Shown here: piece by piece, positions 62,762-64,000 of the stretch
Layout of the letters: every line of letters begins with the position of its first letter
Position numbering within the stretch: position 1 is the stretch's first letter
Program-made: the position numbers and the translations under genes
Origin: a virus
Taxonomy: Duplodnaviria; Caudoviricetes
Virus record (IMG/VR): IMGVR_UViG_2521172628_000001
Coordinates: 16,261-80,260 of that record
Strand: one strand, 5' to 3'
Length of the DNA stretch: 64,000 nucleotides
Notes under the pieces: generated by a model
The model's database searches: none
What the model saw: only the letters and a program-made list of their open reading frames with translations
Told to the model about the DNA's origin: nothing

Positions 62762-64000
62762 GTGGCCTACGCCGAGAAGGTCTACAAGGTCAAAGACGGA
62801 AAGAAGACCACCAAATACACCTGGCGCGCCAGGTACAAGAGGCCCGACGGCACATGGGGCAGCGAGCCCGGATTCCCCACCAAGGGAACCGCGGAGAAGT
62901 GGGGCGAAGAGCAGGAAGCCGCCATCCGAGCCGGCCGCTGGGTCGACCCCGTGCTTTCACGCAAGACATTCGGCGAGTTCACCGAGGAGTGGATGGCGGC
63001 ACAGAGGCCGCGCGGCCAGACCGTCATGAATCGGCGAGAGCGGCTGACGCAGACCATCCTGCCGCACTGGCGGCATGTTCCGCTGATCTCCATCACCTGG
63101 TTCGAAGTGGAGGCGTGGGCCCGCACTCTGACGTGCGCTCACGTCACTACGAAGATCTGCGTGCGGCTCATGTCGCAGATCCTCAAGGGCGCGGTCGACG
63201 CGCGCTACCTGGCCGTCAACCCCCTTCAGGGGCGCCGCCTCAGCGGCCTGCCCGCGGAGACGGCCAAGAAGAGGAAGACCGAGCACGAGGAGATGTGGGC
63301 CCGGCCCGAGGAAGTCCTCCAGATGGCGCGGCGGATGGGGCCGGTCGATGGGCTGCTGGTCGTAGCCGTCGCCTTCCTCGGCCTGCGGGTGGAGGAAGCG
63401 CTGGGGCTGCGGCGCCACAACACCCTGCTTGAGCGCAGGCAGCGGCACGATGACGGCGTGTTCACCTGCCCCACCGTGCGGATCGACGGGGACACGGGGG
63501 CGCTCGTCGAGTACTACAAGTACGGCGAGGACGGCCGCCGCATCAAGTTCCGGGGGCTGGAGCCGCTCAAGAACGAGCAGAGCGCACGGGCCATTGACGT
63601 GCCTCCGTTTCTGGCCGGCCTGCTGGATGCGCGGCTGAAGGACTGGCCGCACGACTTCGTCTTCGCCCGCGCGGACGGCAGCTGGTGGCCGCGCGGGACG
63701 TTGCAGGAACTGATTCGCAAGGTCGCGGACGGGCGCCCGGGCGAAGGCGCCAGGGCGTGGTCCCCCATCAAGCCGGGCTTGTCGCTGCGGGATCTGCGGC
63801 ACTCGCACGACACCTATCAGGCCCAGATCGGGGTGAAGCCCGTATTGGCCTTCGAGCAGGCGGGGCATAAGTACCCTGGCATCAAAGGCACGTATCAGCA
63901 TGCGACGCCGTTGATGCGGCAGGAGCGGCTGGACGGCCTGCAGGAGCTGTTCGAGAGGGCGTTGAGGAGTCTGGGGTGGCGGGAGATCTGGGAGAGTTGA
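62762..64000 (+). CDS. int: Tyrosine integrase
   Basis: GLRVEEALGL (R), PLKN (K), DLRHSH, AGH, TYQH (Y); N-terminal WRARY..GFPTK arm-binding domain. Confidence 0.92.
   Translation: MAYAEKVYKVKDGKKTTKYTWRARYKRPDGTWGSEPGFPTKGTAEKWGEEQEAAIRAGRWVDPVLSRKTFGEFTEEWMAAQRPRGQTVMNRRERLTQTILPHWRHVPLISITWFEVEAWARTLTCAHVTTKICVRLMSQILKGAVDARYLAVNPLQGRRLSGLPAETAKKRKTEHEEMWARPEEVLQMARRMGPVDGLLVVAVAFLGLRVEEALGLRRHNTLLERRQRHDDGVFTCPTVRIDGDTGALVEYYKYGEDGRRIKFRGLEPLKNEQSARAIDVPPFLAGLLDARLKDWPHDFVFARADGSWWPRGTLQELIRKVADGRPGEGARAWSPIKPGLSLRDLRHSHDTYQAQIGVKPVLAFEQAGHKYPGIKGTYQHATPLMRQERLDGLQELFERALRSLGWREIWES

Larger units (their letters stand above)
1..64000. mobile_element. Temperate siphovirus-type prophage (ends not visible in window)
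   Basis: Ordered terminase-portal-capsid-tail-TMP genes, replication/recombination genes, CI/Cro-like pair and tyrosine integrase; att sites and lysis genes not seen. Confidence 0.93.

Noticed and set aside
1-64000. tRNA, rRNA, att core repeats, IS elements, reverse transcriptase/DGR
   Set aside because: No recognisable signatures by eye; the integrase stop is the last base, so the att site is probably just outside the window

Overview
This high-GC window holds most of a temperate siphovirus-type prophage, probably from Streptomyces or a relative (inferred from GC content, codon bias and gene families). From right to left: tyrosine integrase and CI/Cro-like switch (61.3-64.0 kb); a long minus-strand early region with antirepressor, phage beta-clamp, YqaJ/RecT, initiator with internal iterons, DnaC-like loader, DnaB, a C5-methyltransferase and an RLIG1-like RNA ligase (39.8-61.3 kb); an embedded Streptomyces-type conjugation-like module with TraB/FtsK, Spd-like membrane proteins, a mirror-symmetric repeat array and divergent HTH and Nudix genes (29.0-38.2 kb); terminase with a class 3 intein, head and tail genes (2.0-25.0 kb); and a convergent plus-strand block with a glycosyltransferase (0-2.0 kb). 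No lysis genes, att sites, RNA genes or CRISPR arrays are visible. The strongest leads are (1) a prophage that appears to carry its own TraB transfer system, (2) a stand-alone FxSxx-COOH RiPP-type precursor peptide with no maturase, (3) an unannotated 53-aa peptide with two clamp-binding motifs coupled to the phage beta-clamp, and (4) a methyltransferase read in two overlapping frames. All family calls come from motifs recognised by eye; no searches were run. Many starts were trimmed from the ORF track to the likely RBS or stop/start-overlap start.
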